A stretch of DNA of 64,000 nt from Mobula hypostoma (lineage: Eukaryota), in assembly GCF_963921235.1 (NCBI RefSeq), contig NC_086097.1:19036001-19100000 (forward strand). Direction: 5' to 3'. Both the position numbers and the translations under genes were made by a program. The notes under the pieces are model-generated. The model ran no database searches and was not told the origin of the DNA. It saw only the letters and a list, made by a program, of their open reading frames with translations. Below are positions 63,265 through 64,000 of the stretch, in pieces; the stretch's first letter is position 1; each line of letters starts with the position of its first letter.

Positions 63265-64000
63265 GAGCCATGAGAAGGCTTTGGCAGGCAGGATTAAGGA
63301 AAACCCCAAGGCATTCTACAAGTACGTGAAGAGCAAGAGGATAAGACATGAAAGAATAGGACCTATGAAGTGTGACAGTGGGAAAGTGTATATGGACCGG
63401 AGGAAATAGCAGGGCTGAGAAGTGGCAGATGGAGTTCAATCCAGATAAGTGTGAGGTGGTTCATTTTGGTAGGTCAAATATGATGGCAGAATTTAGTATT
63501 AATGGTAAGACTCTTGGCAGTGTGGAGGATCAGAGGGATCTTGGGGTCCGAGTCCATAGGACGCTCAAAGCGGCTGCTCAGGTTGACTCTGTGGTTAAGA
63601 AAGCATACGGTGTATCAGCCTTCATCAATCGTGGAATTGAATTTAGGAGCTGAGAGGTAATGTTGCAGCTATATAGGACCCTGGTCAGACCACACTTGGA
63701 GTACTGTGCTCAGTTCTGGTCACCTCACTACAGGAAGGATGTGGAAGCCATAGAAAGCATGGAGGAGATTTACAAGTATGTTACCTGGATTGGGGAGCAT
63801 GCCTTATGAAAACAAGCTGAGTGAACTTGGCCTTTTCTCCATGGAGCGACAGAGGATGAGAGGTGACCTGATAGAGGTGTATAAGATGATGAGAGGCATT
63901 GATCGTGTGGGTAGTCAGAGGCTTTTTCCCAGGGCTGAAATGGCTGCCACAAGAGGGCACAGGTTTAAGGTGCTTGGGAGCAGGTACAGAGGAGATGTCA
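63265..64000 (+). mobile_element. Continuation of the host CR1 ORF2, internally deleted
   Basis: HEKALAGRIKENPKAFYKYVK, then a jump to AEKWQMEFNPDKCEVVHFG. Confidence 0.88.

Noticed and set aside
63265..63439. N-terminus of the 289-aa ORF 62570-63439
   Set aside because: Antisense read-through of the host CR1; true ORF1 homology starts at about 63264

Overview
Vertebrate non-coding DNA, very probably from a cartilaginous fish (HE1/V-SINE-like SINEs and abundant esterase-type CR1 LINEs); the species cannot be read from the sequence. The only host coding exon I can identify is a 138-nt internal exon of a SynDIG1/CD225 (dispanin) gene at 42606-42743 (+), best matching SYNDIG1L. Its neighbouring exons were not found in the window, so most of the 64 kb appears intronic. 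The rest is a stack of nested transposons: CR1 LINEs (one near-intact, young copy), Rex1/Babar LINEs and their non-autonomous derivatives, an R2-superfamily HERO-like fragment, RTE-derived elements, tRNA-derived V-SINEs, Gypsy remnants, and hAT, piggyBac and Tc1-like MITEs. The most notable signals are: (i) Penelope-like (PLE) fold-back insertions with 13-18 bp target-site duplications (TSDs) that carry minimal hammerhead ribozyme motifs; (ii) two paralogous minus-strand segments with a synonymous-substitution pattern, suggesting an unannotated antisense small gene or pseudogene; (iii) a composite MITE whose two ends are themselves mini-hairpin MITEs. All family assignments come from motif recognition by eye, not database searches. 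Many small decayed repeat fragments are not listed, and boundaries of old repeats are approximate.
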